Shown: positions 51,772 to 64,000 of the stretch, piece after piece
Layout of the letters: every line of letters begins with the position of its first letter
How positions within the stretch are numbered: the first letter of the stretch is position 1
Assembly: GCA_048127485.1 (NCBI GenBank)
Contig: JBHNWI010000006.1
Coordinates: 46,258,358 to 46,322,357 of the forward strand
From: Solemya velum
Lineage: Eukaryota
Direction of reading: 5' to 3'
Length of the DNA stretch: 64,000 nt
Translations under genes and position numbers: made by a program
The notes under the pieces: model-generated
What the model saw: only the letters and a program-made list of their open reading frames with translations
What the model was told of the DNA's origin: nothing
Database searches by the model: none

Positions 51772-52128
51772 AGCGTCGTGGCCTAGTGGTAAGGACGTCT
51801 GCTCAGTGACTGGGAGGTCGCGGGTTCGCATCCGGGACAAACCAAAGTCTTTAAATTGGTATTCATTGTGGCTGCTTGTCAGACGTGTGACACGAAGGTT
51901 AGTGCAACGGGTGGTTGGCCCGATGTCAGTATAATGTGACTGGGTGGGGTGTCATGTAGTCTGCGATATGGCATTCCAGTGTGGCAGCACTCTAAAAAGC
52001 GCCAAGAGTGCGCACTGTCGCAAGCAGACACATATGATACGCATGCACAAACACTGCATACACGTCTTAACAGCTGAAAAATTGCTATACAGGACATTAA
52101 ACTAGTCAACCAACCAACCAACATATTT
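51772..52128 (+). mobile_element. tRNA-derived SINE, family A (head TGGCCTAGTGGTAAGGACG...GGGTTCGCATCCGGG, conserved central module, (CAAC)n tail)
   Basis: A and B boxes are present. Three near-full copies are in the window. Confidence 0.75.
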
Positions 52129-53039
52129 CCACTCACGATCCAGACTCACGATCGTGACAAATGTTCACTTTATATTATCTTCAAAGTGAATTATTTCATC
52201 AATTTAGTAGTCCTAGTCAAGTGTGACAATCTGGCATTTCTGGAGGGATACTCACACCTAAAGAACTAAATAGTATGCTTATACACCATTAGAACTGTGA
52301 ATGACCACGGGGTACATGTAAGTGCATGTTGCAATGAGTATAAAAAACAAATGTTCAGAAAATGGCAAGATATGGCAAAACAAAACACTCATCTTCTATC
52401 TGAATATGCCAATGGAGAGTTAACAGTACCAAATTAAAGCTATTGAAAACTACTCTGTCTTTGAGTACCCTAATTATTCATACCTTGACAATATAGTGAT
52501 ATAAAAAATCATCAATGTTAAACTCTAAAACAATTAAGTAAAATTAGATTGTAATTAGAATAGTTTTGAATAGTTTTGAAGCAGTTATAGTTTCAAAAAT
52601 GTAAATGCAGGTAGATACAGCTTCCCAGTGCAGTGTGAGGTGAAATACATCACTAATCAAGTCATCATCAACTTCATTACTAGAGTTGACAGCAAGTGTT
52701 GTATATATTTGAAACAAAAAATGTATTCAGCTAATGATGCTTGTGATATGGTTGTTATTATACCCCACGAAACTGTTTCGAAGAGTATAATGTTTTTGAT
52801 GCATCCTTCAGTCTGTCAGTCCGGTTTTTGTCAGTGCAACTACTCTCAAACTACTGAACAGAATTTCAGGAAACTTGGTATGTGGTAAGAGCACAATATG
52901 TACTTGTACATATTACTGGGAAATTTTGATCCCCTAAATTTTGTGGGAGTTATGCCTCTTTGAACTCAGTTTCCTGAAATACACTACTGAAGCATCATGT
53001 CCTCTCAAACAACTGAACAGAATTTCAGGAAACTTAGTA

Positions 53040-54110
53040 TGTAGTAAGGACAATATGTTGTTAGGGCTCTATTAGTGGCAGCCACCCTATAGAGATCAGT
53101 CTGTCTGTAGTCCATCCATCCATCCGTAACAAATCATGTCCGTGCTGTAACTTTTTTGATATATGGCATGTAGGTAGATCACATCTAAACGATATGTAGC
53201 GTCCCTGATCCGTAACCTTTGATCTTGAACTTTGACCTCAAGGTCAATTTATTTTTTATTTAATGAAACAATTCGTGTCCCAACTGTGTGTTTTAAAGTT
53301 CTTGATATTTTGCATGTGAGTGATGGACTGCCCTATAGTGATCAGAGTGTCTGTCTGTGCATCCGTCCATCCGTAACAAATCCGAGCTGTAACTTTTTTT
53401 GTCCTCTGCTATAAGCTTTTGATATTTGGCATGTAGATAGATCACCTCAAGATGATGTTGTGTTGTTGAATGAGCAGAGAACCGTAGGCTGTAGGCCCAT
53501 ATGTTCTTGAGTGAAGAATATAGAGAAAGACGGATACAGGCCAACCCGGGTGAAGCACCCTGCTCTTTATTCGACAGAGCCAGCCTGGTTCTTTATAGTG
53601 CCCCGTGTAAAGCACAGATACACTAGACCTCGGTTTAAAGTCCCTTCCGAACGACTATAGGTCACCCCGAGGTCGAAGACCTCTGAAAAATCCAACTGAT
53701 CAACCGGGAATCGAACTCACGATCCCTGCATCACAAATCAGATGCTACCGCTGCGCTATCGGGGCAACTATCAAGATGATGTGTCAAATATCTGGTTCAT
53801 AATCTTTGACTTTGTATTTTGACCTCAAAGTCAAATTGTTGCTTATTTAATTAAACAATTTGTGTCCAGGCTGTAACTTTTTTGTATTTTGACATAAGCT
53901 TTTGATTTTTGGCATATAGGTAGATCAATCAAGACGATGTGTCAGGTTCCATGGTTCAAAACTTTCGATCTTGAACTTTGACCTCAATGTCAAATTATTG
54001 CTTATTTAATGAAACAATTCATGTCCCGGCTGTGTTTTAATGTTTAGATTCTTGATATTTTGCATGTGAGTGAAGGAAGCCACATAGTGACATCTGTGTG
54101 GTGTGTGTAT
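53040..54110. repeat. Tandem repeat with an approximately 250-bp unit, about 4 copies, interrupted by a SINE insertion
   Basis: Recurring blocks GGCATGTAGGTAGATCAC, CATCCGTCCATCCGTAACAAATC and TTGATATTTTGCATGTGAGTGA. It shares GACCTCAAGGTCA-type motifs with the 7.1-8.3 kb satellites. Confidence 0.6.
53456..53765 (-). mobile_element. SINE family B copy inserted into a satellite unit
   Basis: TSD TCAAGATGATGT at 53444-53455 and 53770-53781. Confidence 0.75.
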
Positions 54111-56920
54111 TTACAGTGGTGCCCACAGAGGTGGATTCCATCTCCATGATATCTAGTTGTGCATATTACCAGGAGTTTTATGCTTTCCTCTCATATTATC
54201 TGTTCTGCCCTTTTGAACTTTGATTTTTCATGAAATATGTTATTGAAACAGTTTGTCAACACAAGACAAGAATGTATTGGAAGGAATATGATCTTATGAG
54301 GAGAGTCTGTTTTCCACTTTGTTTTTGACAATGTACATCTGATATCTTGTGTTTAACTGAAACATGGCTATCCTCTAAACACTCTTGATTCCTCTCTGAA
54401 GATGGATTCATTCAACATGTTAAGAGTTAACGGAAAATCATATTACAATAGTGATCATATCATCAAAGCATTTCTGTCAAGTTGTGCATTCACCAACTCA
54501 AATCTCTGGCTCCTGTATTGGCCATATATATGTCCTGTTCCGTATTCCCAATATAATGCTATTTAAATAAAGATTTAAGATTTAATGGTATGCATTTTAT
54601 AGTTTGTATTTTCTAATCAGATACATGGGATTTACCTTATGTCGATCACATTTCAATTAGACTTGATTGTCATCAGGACATTCTTATCCTAATATTCAAT
54701 CAAAATAAGAATGGAAATGGGGAGTGTGTCAAAGAGACAACAATCTAACCAGAGAGAAGAATACAACCTAACCAGAGAAAAAAATACAGCCCAAGTCGGC
54801 CATATTGTTTTCATTTGCATTATCAATTATGACAATCTCCAACCTTAAACCTGCTTCTCCATCAATGTGGTGTATGTGAGCGTGCTCACTTAGTTCTTTA
54901 ATTTTTTTGTAGCAGAAACACTACACTCTACATACATTGACAGCAATATGCCATATTCTTGATGAGTTAAGGTGCTGATGGGTCAGGGGTCATCATTTAG
55001 GACTGGAGCCTAAATGCCGAATTCCTTCATACCAATATTCTGATGCGAATTGCAGTTCTATATGCCCAGTGATGTCTGTTGCTATATTGCCAACTGATAC
55101 ATATATACAGTATAGAACATCTAGTTGGAAAGTGTTTTCTGTCAGCTGCACATTCTTCATTGACTTTTAATCCTGTGTGGGTTTCGGGGTTTAGGAGGAT
55201 AGGCCACTGATCACCCTAGCAGGCCAAAAAAGTCAACCATAGGGACAAAGATCAGAAAAATTCTTGCATACACACACTCCTGTATGACTGAAAGATTGAT
55301 AAAAAGGACGTTAAACCCATTCAACTATTCAACTACTCAACTATTTCTCGAGTTTTTGTAGTGAACCTAATTCAAGGAAAGAAAGTTCCGGACTCCATAT
55401 GGTTCACCAACAGAATTTCTACATGCCATTTCTCCAGCCTTTGTCAAAGTTCGGGTCTTAAGCTCTTGAGATTGATAGGACATAATTAGCTCTGTCCATC
55501 ATGATCTTGGATACAATACCAAAAAATATCTGCATCCTTCATGTCCAATGAGACAATATACAGGTGTATAGAATTGTGCTGCTGTCTTGATACACTTATG
55601 TTAACACCATGAACTGGAATATATCATTTTTAGATCAGTATCTACATCAAATATAAAACAAAATGATATATATTTATTATATACTTTAGGATGAAATATA
55701 GACATATATAACAGTGATATAACCTTACCTATATTTTCACTCTGATATCTTTCACTCTAAAAGTGATATCTTTCACTCCAAAAGTGATATCTTTCACTCT
55801 ACAGAATGAAAGATATCAATTCCCAGAATACAGTTGTCTTAAAGCCAGGACTCACCTCAAATGTTTTGGGGACTGTCTGAAAACAATTTTCACTCTGAAA
55901 ATTGTCAGAATCGACGTAAAGTATATAATAAATAGAATATTCTTGATTCTTCAGTGAATACCGTTTATATAGGCTCTCGTGAAAATATCAATTTCACCAC
56001 TCATTCGTGAAATATATCCGGTATATCCGGTATATCCGGTATTCACTGAAGAATCAAAAATATCCTCTATGTACTCCGATGATATGCCTGGTCGATGATC
56101 AATCACCATGAGCCACATGCTCTCCATGAGGCTCTCAGTCTGTCCTTATTTGCAAATGTCTTTTGTAGTGGCCAGCATGAAAGTATCTTCCAAACTATTT
56201 AACTCCCAAAAGAGAATGCTATTACACTCCTAAAATGGAATGGTTATGCTTAGCTACTCTGGCTTTGCTTCTTTGGCTGAGTCTTGGGTCTGTCTTTCAA
56301 TCACTTCACTATTTCAATTTTCTTTTTGGGGCTTGAGCACCACTGATGCAGTTTATTAACAGAAATGCGCATCTGGTGCACTGAAATTGTATTTGTTTCA
56401 ATCATCAACATTGTGAAAAAGGACTGACCAAACATAGCGTATGTGAATGTTTCAATGTTAAATAATGGCTCCTCGGGAACCCCCGAAATGTCTGCAAACA
56501 CAGGTGTTAATTTTTGCATTTTTTGCATTAGTGCGATCACATCCAGTAAATACATGCACAGACATATATTTTGCACAATACTCTTGGGTATAACTGTGTG
56601 CAATTTCACTCACATCAATGTGTCTGTTGTTGTTCTCCATTCCTGAGCCAAACAAGGATGGCATTTTCAATTTGCATAAGTGCCAAATAATCAAGGAAAC
56701 CTATTGTCTGAAATCCTCTTTCACATACATGTACTAATATATACTGAGAGGCGAAATTTTTTTTTTTCAATTCAAAGGTCAACTGTAATAACATAAGAAA
56801 AGTACATAGGATATAATATGTGCAATATCATAGATCAATCACAGTAGAGCATTTCTGATCAAACAGGTGTCTTCTATCATCAGTTTGACCACATTTCCAC
56901 ATGGTCGAATGGGCATACTG

Positions 56921-57571
56921 TCATATCAGGTAAGTCCACCTTGAGCCCAAAGGACAAGCCTGCAAATGTCTGGGCATGAAATAAATCAAATGGCAGATGA
57001 AACAGATTTGTATAACGTTCCATTGATGCTCTAGCATCCGAGTGAGTTCAGTCAGTTTCCACCATGCTATCTCAAGAGAGGAAAAAGAACTGGCTGAAGA
57101 ACAGTCTTGATGAAATGTCATGCTATCAAGTTGCATTGCACAATCACAAGCTGAGAGCAAGAATGAGTATTTATGGCACCCCAGACCATTACTCCTCCTC
57201 CAACAAAACAATCTCTCTTGATAGCACAGGGTTGCACAAAACAACCACCTCAATTCAATACACACATTGACATCCATCTGGAAAAGAGGTGTTGAAGCAG
57301 AACAACATTCCTCCATTCCACGTTGCCAAGGAAACCACCTGCTGTAGCCAATGCTATCATGCATGTCAATGCTGTTGAGTGAGGATCTGGCCTTGGTAAG
57401 GTCGATGTGCCCGCATTCCTGCTGCAGACAGATGTTGACACATGGTAAAGCTGCTGCTAGGTATCCCTCTAGTTCCAACAGTGTTGTTTGCAGTCTGTGT
57501 AGCTGTCTAAATGATGTTGCAGGTGTTGCACAAGAATGTAGTGGCATTAGACCAATCATGCTTGGTAACAT
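56921..57571 (-). other. Unassigned 216-aa ORF in a GC-richer block (about 48 percent GC against about 35 percent nearby); no recognisable domain
   Basis: The longest non-TE ORF in the window. It is Cys-rich with no identifiable motif. Confidence 0.2.
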
Positions 57572-57854
57572 TTTTCATTAACTTTTAACTTTTTTTGCTC
57601 ATGTAATTATTTTTGAGGGAAAATAATGATTGTGCTTTCTTTGTCTCTCAGTATAGTTCAGAAAGATACTAACTATGTTTAGACTATCTTTAAGTGGTAC
57701 AGACTATTATCAAAGCACTGAAGAATGATTTCGACCACTTCTGTATCACTAGAACAACACAATAACGTTTCTCGCCATATTGTGTTTTTGATATAATAAA
57801 ATTATAAATAGTAATAAATAGATTAATTTTATTTAGAATTACATATTTCAATAG

Positions 57855-57954
57855 ATGGAGGTTAGGAGCAGCCTTGAATCGACAAAAGCCTTGGTGTCTG
57901 GTTTGTCCTCGATGCCTTCAACCATAAATCAGCATCGAGACATCATAGAAGTAA
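57855..57954 (+). CDS. Downstream coiled-coil exon of the B-box gene
   Basis: The acceptor is tatttcaatag|ATGGAG. The frame reads MEVRSSLESTKALVSGLSSMPSTINQHRDIIEV. The donor is GTAAAT and the exon runs phase 0 to phase 1. Confidence 0.35.
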
Positions 57955-58960
57955 GTAAATTGTATTTTATGAGGGCCTTTGAATTATTCCATCATTTGAT
58001 TCTGGCATATACTTAATAAAACAATTCGATTTCCAGTGTCTGAAAATTTGTAGAATGAAGTCTCCTAATGGATTAAATATGAAGATTTTATATTAATAAC
58101 CTTACATGTATCTCTACTGTTTTTATGTCCTATAACTATACCGTAATTGTAATTCATACATAAGTACCTAAGTTCTATTCTACTTTACTTTTTGAATGAT
58201 ATCATTTCCTTTAGAAATAGTTGTATCAATTTGATCCTTTAGTGTTATATGTATTGTTATATGGTTATTGTGTCATGTGTGCATGTGTGTTTTCTGCCAA
58301 ATGTGGTATGACGTTACGCAACGTGAAGTCATATCCGTTTTACTATTCATATCATTCCTTGATGAAGGCTTGAGGCCGAAATGTTGGGATTTTAGTAAAT
58401 ATCCAAAGATATTCTGTGTTAGCGTCTTATTTTTTTTACTATATTTATACAGAATGAAGTATGACATATGTTTGATTACCTGGTTGTTTACTTTAAAACA
58501 TCTAAAACAATCAATGTATATCCAGTAATTTATGAGTTGGTTGGAATACATTATACTGACTAATGTGGGTTTTGTTCGGGTTGTTGGGGAGTGGATCGAT
58601 AGGTCAGTGAGTGAGTGGGTCGATAGATGGGTTGGAGAGAGATGAAAAAAAAGATCATACAACACAAAGTATCACAACAAGCAGTATTTTGATCGATTCC
58701 ATCAGGATTATCGGCTTTAAAAGAACTCAAACCCATGCTCAACAGATGTAGAGGAAAGAATGGCATGGGATGCAACTCTTTTTCCTTTAGCCACGGCGAG
58801 CCTCTCCAGAAGTGGCTATAGAAGTATGTGCACACTTTTTCATGAATTCAATTAATTGTAAGAATGACATTTGTTTGGAAAATGATTAAGTGAGAACATA
58901 AAATTATCATGCAACCTGGATAATAGTTATAAGTGTGAGTACAATTGTATTTTTGTGCAG

Positions 58961-59061
58961 TTAGATTGGCTGCTGAGAAAAGAGACTATTCGACAAGAAT
59001 TGTATCCTTACACGATGTCCTGATAACTCGTGAACAGCAGCTCCTGGAAGGAATGGAGATG
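58961..59061 (+). CDS. Downstream coiled-coil exon of the B-box gene
   Basis: The acceptor is ttttgtgcag|TTAGATTGG. In phase 1 it reads (I)RLAAEKRDYSTRIVSLHDVLITREQQLLEGMEM. The donor is ATG|GTTTGT. Confidence 0.35.
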
Positions 59062-59829
59062 GTTTGTCATTTCTCTTATCTAATCAGATTGGTGGTTTTG
59101 TATTGACTTTGTCCTTTGTCTGTCTGTCGTCATTGTATTTCAAACAGCGACAATTCGGTTGAAAAAATAATAACACACAGTTATATGTAACAATTGGAGG
59201 TAATAAGCAATGGGTTTAAGATAATCAGCTTTAATCAATTTTTCATTTTCTCTCCAAACATTGAACGTAATCAGTCCACATTGTGAGATGAGTTCCATTT
59301 CTCCATTCCTAAACGATAGTTAAAGTATAAGGCAAGGCTCAGACATCCAACCGTAAAGAGATACACCCAATACTGGAGTAAAAAGTAGCATGTCAAACTT
59401 AGTGTCAAACAACAAAGACCATGCCAGATCTTTGTAATCGAACACAAAAAGATGTATTGAGAGAACGCACATTTGTGTCGTAGATAGTTCAGCTGGTAAG
59501 TTGTATGGGTTACTTACAAATAATATTACAATTGGAATAGTTACGAACTTCCTTGGTTATGAAATGCTTCGATCACTATAACATTTCTGTGAGTGCTGAA
59601 TAACCAATTCAAAAATGAAGCAGACTGTTTTGGCTAAGTAATACAAAAGTATAATAATAGGCTGGTATGCGGCTGTTATTACAACAAAAACCATGTTTCC
59701 CTCCAGATGTAATGACAAACATCTGTAATTCATCAGCACGTAATGCCATTTCATTGATGAAAACAACAAACATTGATTCAGAGTGATTTGAAAATGATTA
59801 CAGAATCAGTATATACTGAGTGGAAGTTA

Positions 59830-60215
59830 CTCCAGCATCGAATATGACCCCACCCACTCTGCAATTACTGCTTGACAACGGTGTTGCATGCTCATAATGA
59901 GATTGACAACATTCTGTTTGGGGAGACTGTTCCATTCCTGTTTCGGGTCATTCTCAAGCTAATTCAAAGTGTGTGGATGATTTGGGAATTGTGAAATGTG
60001 ATGCTGTAGCTGATCCAATATCAGATTATTTCCGGGAAGGATCAGGCCATTCCATTCTCTCAATAGTCTTCCATTCCAGGTACTCAGTCACCACACAAGC
60101 CCTGTGAGGATGTGCATTATCGTCCGTTAAAATGAACTCTTGACCAATTGCGCCTGCAAACAACGTCACAACTGGGTAATGGATTTCATCCCGATAACAG
60201 AGAGCATTCAATGTT
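59830..60215 (-). mobile_element. Tc1/mariner transposase C-terminal relic lying between two roughly 150-bp direct repeats (59515-59665 and 60215-60365)
   Basis: ILTDDNAHPHRACVVTEYLEWKTIERMEWPD, that is the DD(N)A-PH...WP block, followed by degenerate sequence. Confidence 0.4.
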
Positions 60216-61849
60216 CCAAATATTACAAATTGGAATAGTTACGAACTTCCTTGATTATGAAATGCCTTGATCACTATAACATTTCTGTGCGAGTGCTGAA
60301 TAACCATTCAAAAATGAAACTGACTGTTTTGGCTAAGTATACAAAAATATAATAATAGAAATCTAGGCTGCCATAACAGTATTCTTTCTTACACAGGAAG
60401 AACAAATCACTGAATGACCTGACAGATATGGAAGAAAAAACAAGGCTTTGTGTGAAGAATGCACTGCTGTTACTCAGATATTTGATAATCTTGTTGAAGA
60501 GGAATCAAGTTCGACCTTTTTGAAAGTAAACAGCCTCTTACTTTTCAATTGTTTTTGGCTTTGCTTTTTCAGTCAAGTGTTGGGTCAAGCTTCTAATCAC
60601 CTCACTATTTGGATTATCACAGATTAGAGCACTACTGATGAAGTAATAATATTAGAGATGCACATCTAGTGAAATCACTAAGATTGGCATTGTCGTACAT
60701 TGATCTTATTTACTTTATTTACTTATTAGGCCCCATTTCAGGCTATAGCATGATGTTGGGAATAGACAGAGGTGCATAGGCTGAAACCGAAATGAATGCA
60801 GTTGTATCCAGCTATCGAGTCTAAATCATTGAGAATAATGCAAAGTAAAGGTTATTTCATGTTTGGCCACATATTATGGTGATATAGACTCGAGTGCAGA
60901 GCGCTAGTGTATATTTCATCATAACACAAGGTCAAACAGGATATAAACAACTTGCCTACCTCACGAGCTTTGTGTTTTTTGTTTGTTTCCACATTTCATT
61001 TCACACTGTCAAAAGCTATGTCGTCGCAGCATATGAAATCACAGGCTGACGATGAGTTCAGGGATTTGGAGTTTGAGTTCAATAATTTATCCTTGTAACG
61101 CAGAAACCTTTTTTTTTGGTATTATCTCTGAAAGTTATCAATTTAGTTTGATATACAACATTCCTGGGAAGATGTTGAATGGTATTCGTAATAATGAGCA
61201 ATGGAACTGGTAGTTCAAAAGTATTAGTGGAATTAGGAGTTGCGGAGCAGTGCAGCATGACAGGTATTAATGTCAGGTATAATTGTAATTGGAGGTGTAG
61301 AATAGCATTTAGTGGGCAGTTGTGCAGTACAACGGTATTTGGGGAACAATTGTGGTTCCAAGATTTATTGTAGTACTAGCATTGTAGAAATCTACACCCG
61401 GGGAACGGGTATGACTAATGTGGCGGAGGGTAAATTTTTGAGGAATGTGTGGGTTACTTTGATCAGAGAACTCCCAATCGGTAACATAGAATGAGATTAT
61501 GACATCCAACCAAGTCTCATTTCAAAGGTGAGCTTTGTTTTTTAACGTTTATATAATATAATCTCTGGAATTGGTATTCTGTGTTTACTTTTTTGATTAA
61601 TTTTACTGATGTTTACGTAAACTTGATTTGTTTTTCTGTATGTTGATATATTTTTGCTTGATGTTTGATAGTTAATTTTTGGTATAGTATCTGTGTGTAA
61701 AAGAAATTGGCATCTTCTGATTGAAGGTTGGCGATTTCACTGAATCTAGGCTGTGTACTACGTACTGATAAAACACGCTTACTATATGCCAAACTCGCAA
61801 TCTGATTGGCGAGAGAAAGTGGCTATGTGCTGAAAAGTATATACAATTG

Positions 61850-62580
61850 ACCTGGTGGAAAAATCATTGAAAAGAATGAACTTTATTTGTTCCAGGAGTG
61901 AATGAAATGTGTTTTGAAAAATTCTAAAGATCTCATAAGTAACATCGACAGTCAATTCCTTTCCTTTCCGAAATTCACAGTATTCAAACATCGCTACAAC
62001 TTCTCTACATTGTATACCACCATTCCCCATGATAAATTGAAGTCGCAGATGGCTGGTATCATCAAGAAAATTTTTAAATAAAAATGGAGGATGAAGGTAC
62101 AAGTACCTCGTACTCTGAAGCATTGAATCATATTTTGTGAAACATCACAAAGAACCAAATCACAAGTACACTAAGAATGACATCATCAGTATGCTGTATA
62201 ACTTTCTGATAGGCAAATTTGTTGAATTGGTGGACAATCGGCAATCAGTTGGCACACCACTGGATTCTAACTGTGCTCTGTTGCTTGCTGGCTTGTTTTC
62301 TACTCATATGAGGCCGAGTTCATTCAGAAACTCTTTAAATGAAAGAAAGCAGTATCTGACACGGAATTTTACGTTCAGGTATATAGATGATGTACTTTTA
62401 TTCAACAATGTCGAGTTTGACAGATATGTACATATGAACTGTCTGCCTGAGCTTCAGATCAAAGACATGATAGACAGCACATACTCTGACTCATACTTGA
62501 GTATTTTTTCCAAATTTGACAAACAGGAAAACTTACAACTAAGATGTATGACAAGCATGATGACTTCAATTTCCTGATAG
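61850..62580 (+). mobile_element. Penelope-like element RT relic (frameshifted)
   Basis: FSTLYTTIPHDKL resembles the PLE motif D-x-x-SL[FY]T[NS]IP. FRYIDDVLLF is the Y-x-DD catalytic motif. Confidence 0.4.
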
Positions 62581-64000
62581 TCAGTATCCCTTTTTTAAGC
62601 AGCAACATACTGATTTATCAAGCATATAGCTTGTTTGTCTGTCAACTTATGAGAATGAGCCTGTTTCGGTTATCAAGACTTCCCCATCAGAAGACAACTA
62701 CTCATATCGGAGCTCCTGTCCCAAGGGTATGTAAAACATAGACTCAAAACTTCCCTGAAGAAATTCATTGGGCGTCATCATGATCTTATTGACAACTACT
62801 CAGAGTCTGTTAAAAACTCAGTTGTGAAATTTTAGAGACAATTTTAAAGTTGTTTAGTTTTCCTTACTTGATGTGACTGTTGGATTATCCCAATATATTG
62901 AATTTGACCAGAGAAGTTCATGACATGTGCTGCTTGCGGAGCAGGAGATGATCACACTTCTAGGGCACCTGGTCTCACTTTCTCTCCACATGTAGGTTTG
63001 TGTCTTCCTCTTCTGTCCTTGGATTGTTTTGTCCAAGGTCTTTGAGTTTTGTCTTTGTGACATTGGTCTTGTTCTTCATTGTTTTAATAGTGAATCCAAC
63101 GGAGTTATGCTACTTACACATTTACGCTACACAACATATATTAATTGGATTTATACTACATCTACATAGGTTTAATTTTTTTGGTAGGAAGTGAAAGATC
63201 TCGAAGAACGGTAAGTGATGGTTTTAGATAATTCTATAATTGGAGGTTTTTTTCTGATTGGCATGTGACAAGATAAATACCATAATAAGCAGAGGAACTT
63301 CTTCGATTTTTAATTTCCTACTTACTAAATATTACTCAATACTGTTGGTGTGTTATATTGATTGATTGATTATAAAATAGAATTCACAAAGGAAGCGGCC
63401 ACTGTATGTATAATAAAAGTAAGTGGTGCTATTTGATTCTCAAACTCATCGAAAACAAGAATGATGATTATTCTCACAGGTTCATTTAAAAACCAATTCT
63501 CGGCCAATCCATTTTGTATTCCACAAAACTAAATCTAGGTCGTGAACTTTCTCATGAGGAGTCATTATGCAGTATTATCGATTGTTATCTATATTGTTAG
63601 GAGTGTTGTTGTACTCCATTGTTTTTTTTTTTGTTTTTCCAAGACCACCATCTAAATTCACTAGAATCTATACTCTGCATTTGTCATGCGTGTTTTTATT
63701 GCTTTGCCCCTGTTGTTTCAGGTGTCTGTGCATTGAGCAGACTGTTCAATGGCTGACGTTTCACGAACTCGTTTCCCCTCCAGTCTTGCGTGTCCCTTTC
63801 AGTCTTCACCAGGAGAAATGTCATTTGGCAGAAGTGCTGAGCTTTGATAACATTTGTAAGTTGTATGTTTACTGAATAGCAGGGCGGATCCAGGATTTGC
63901 GCAAAGGGGGGCGCAGCCCTTTATCGGCGATGCCGAAGGGGGAAGCCTTCGAGCGTGGGGGGGGGGGGGGTCTGTGGGACCTCCCCCAGGAAATATGAAA

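Noticed and set aside
60397-60537. Possible fifth exon of the B-box gene (…LNDLTDMEEKTRLCVKNALLL…)
   Set aside because: The phase-0 reading hits a stop. Alternative acceptor and donor combinations were all weak. It is left unannotated.
1-64000. Prokaryotic-style dense gene arrangement or defence-system operon
   Set aside because: No ORF longer than 260 aa. The ORFs present are TE-derived or exon-like with GT-AG boundaries. The sequence is typical of eukaryotic intergenic and intronic DNA.

Overview
Eukaryotic, AT-rich, repeat-dense genomic DNA with scattered GC-richer blocks, most likely from a marine invertebrate; the Cys-less Cys-loop-type channel hints at a lophotrochozoan. There are no prokaryotic-style ORFs, operons, rRNA genes or CRISPR arrays; the window is a mosaic of transposable-element relics and repeats, with at least two host genes present as spliced pieces. 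Mobile elements and repeats: (1) two families of tRNA-derived SINEs with Pol III A and B boxes, microsatellite tails and readable target-site duplications; (2) Tc1/mariner fragments; (3) a 5'-truncated CR1/L2-like LINE with RT and a C-terminal CCHC knuckle; (4) a LINE ORF1-only relic with three CCHC knuckles; (5) an AP-endonuclease relic; (6) a Penelope-like RT relic; (7) several MITE or long-TIR elements; (8) satellite arrays; (9) microsatellites. Host genes: on the minus strand, three exons with canonical splice sites encode the extracellular domain of a pentameric ligand-gated ion channel. They carry the conserved W-x-P ... N motif, the FP-x-D-x-Q motif and the pre-M1 R-x-x-x-Y region at the expected spacing, but both Cys-loop cysteines are replaced. 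Two downstream minus-strand exons encode transmembrane helices and a C-terminal tail and may belong to the same gene. On the plus strand a B-box (TRIM-like) gene runs from about 50.6 to 59.1 kb, with two B-box zinc-finger exons followed by coiled-coil exons. A roughly 2.2 kb TIR element at 31980-34206 has a Transib/RSS-like CACGGTG terminus, an apparent 5-bp TSD and ACGTCAAGA subterminal repeats, and it carries a PHD-finger ORF. All calls rest on reading motifs and splice signals by eye; no database search was possible.
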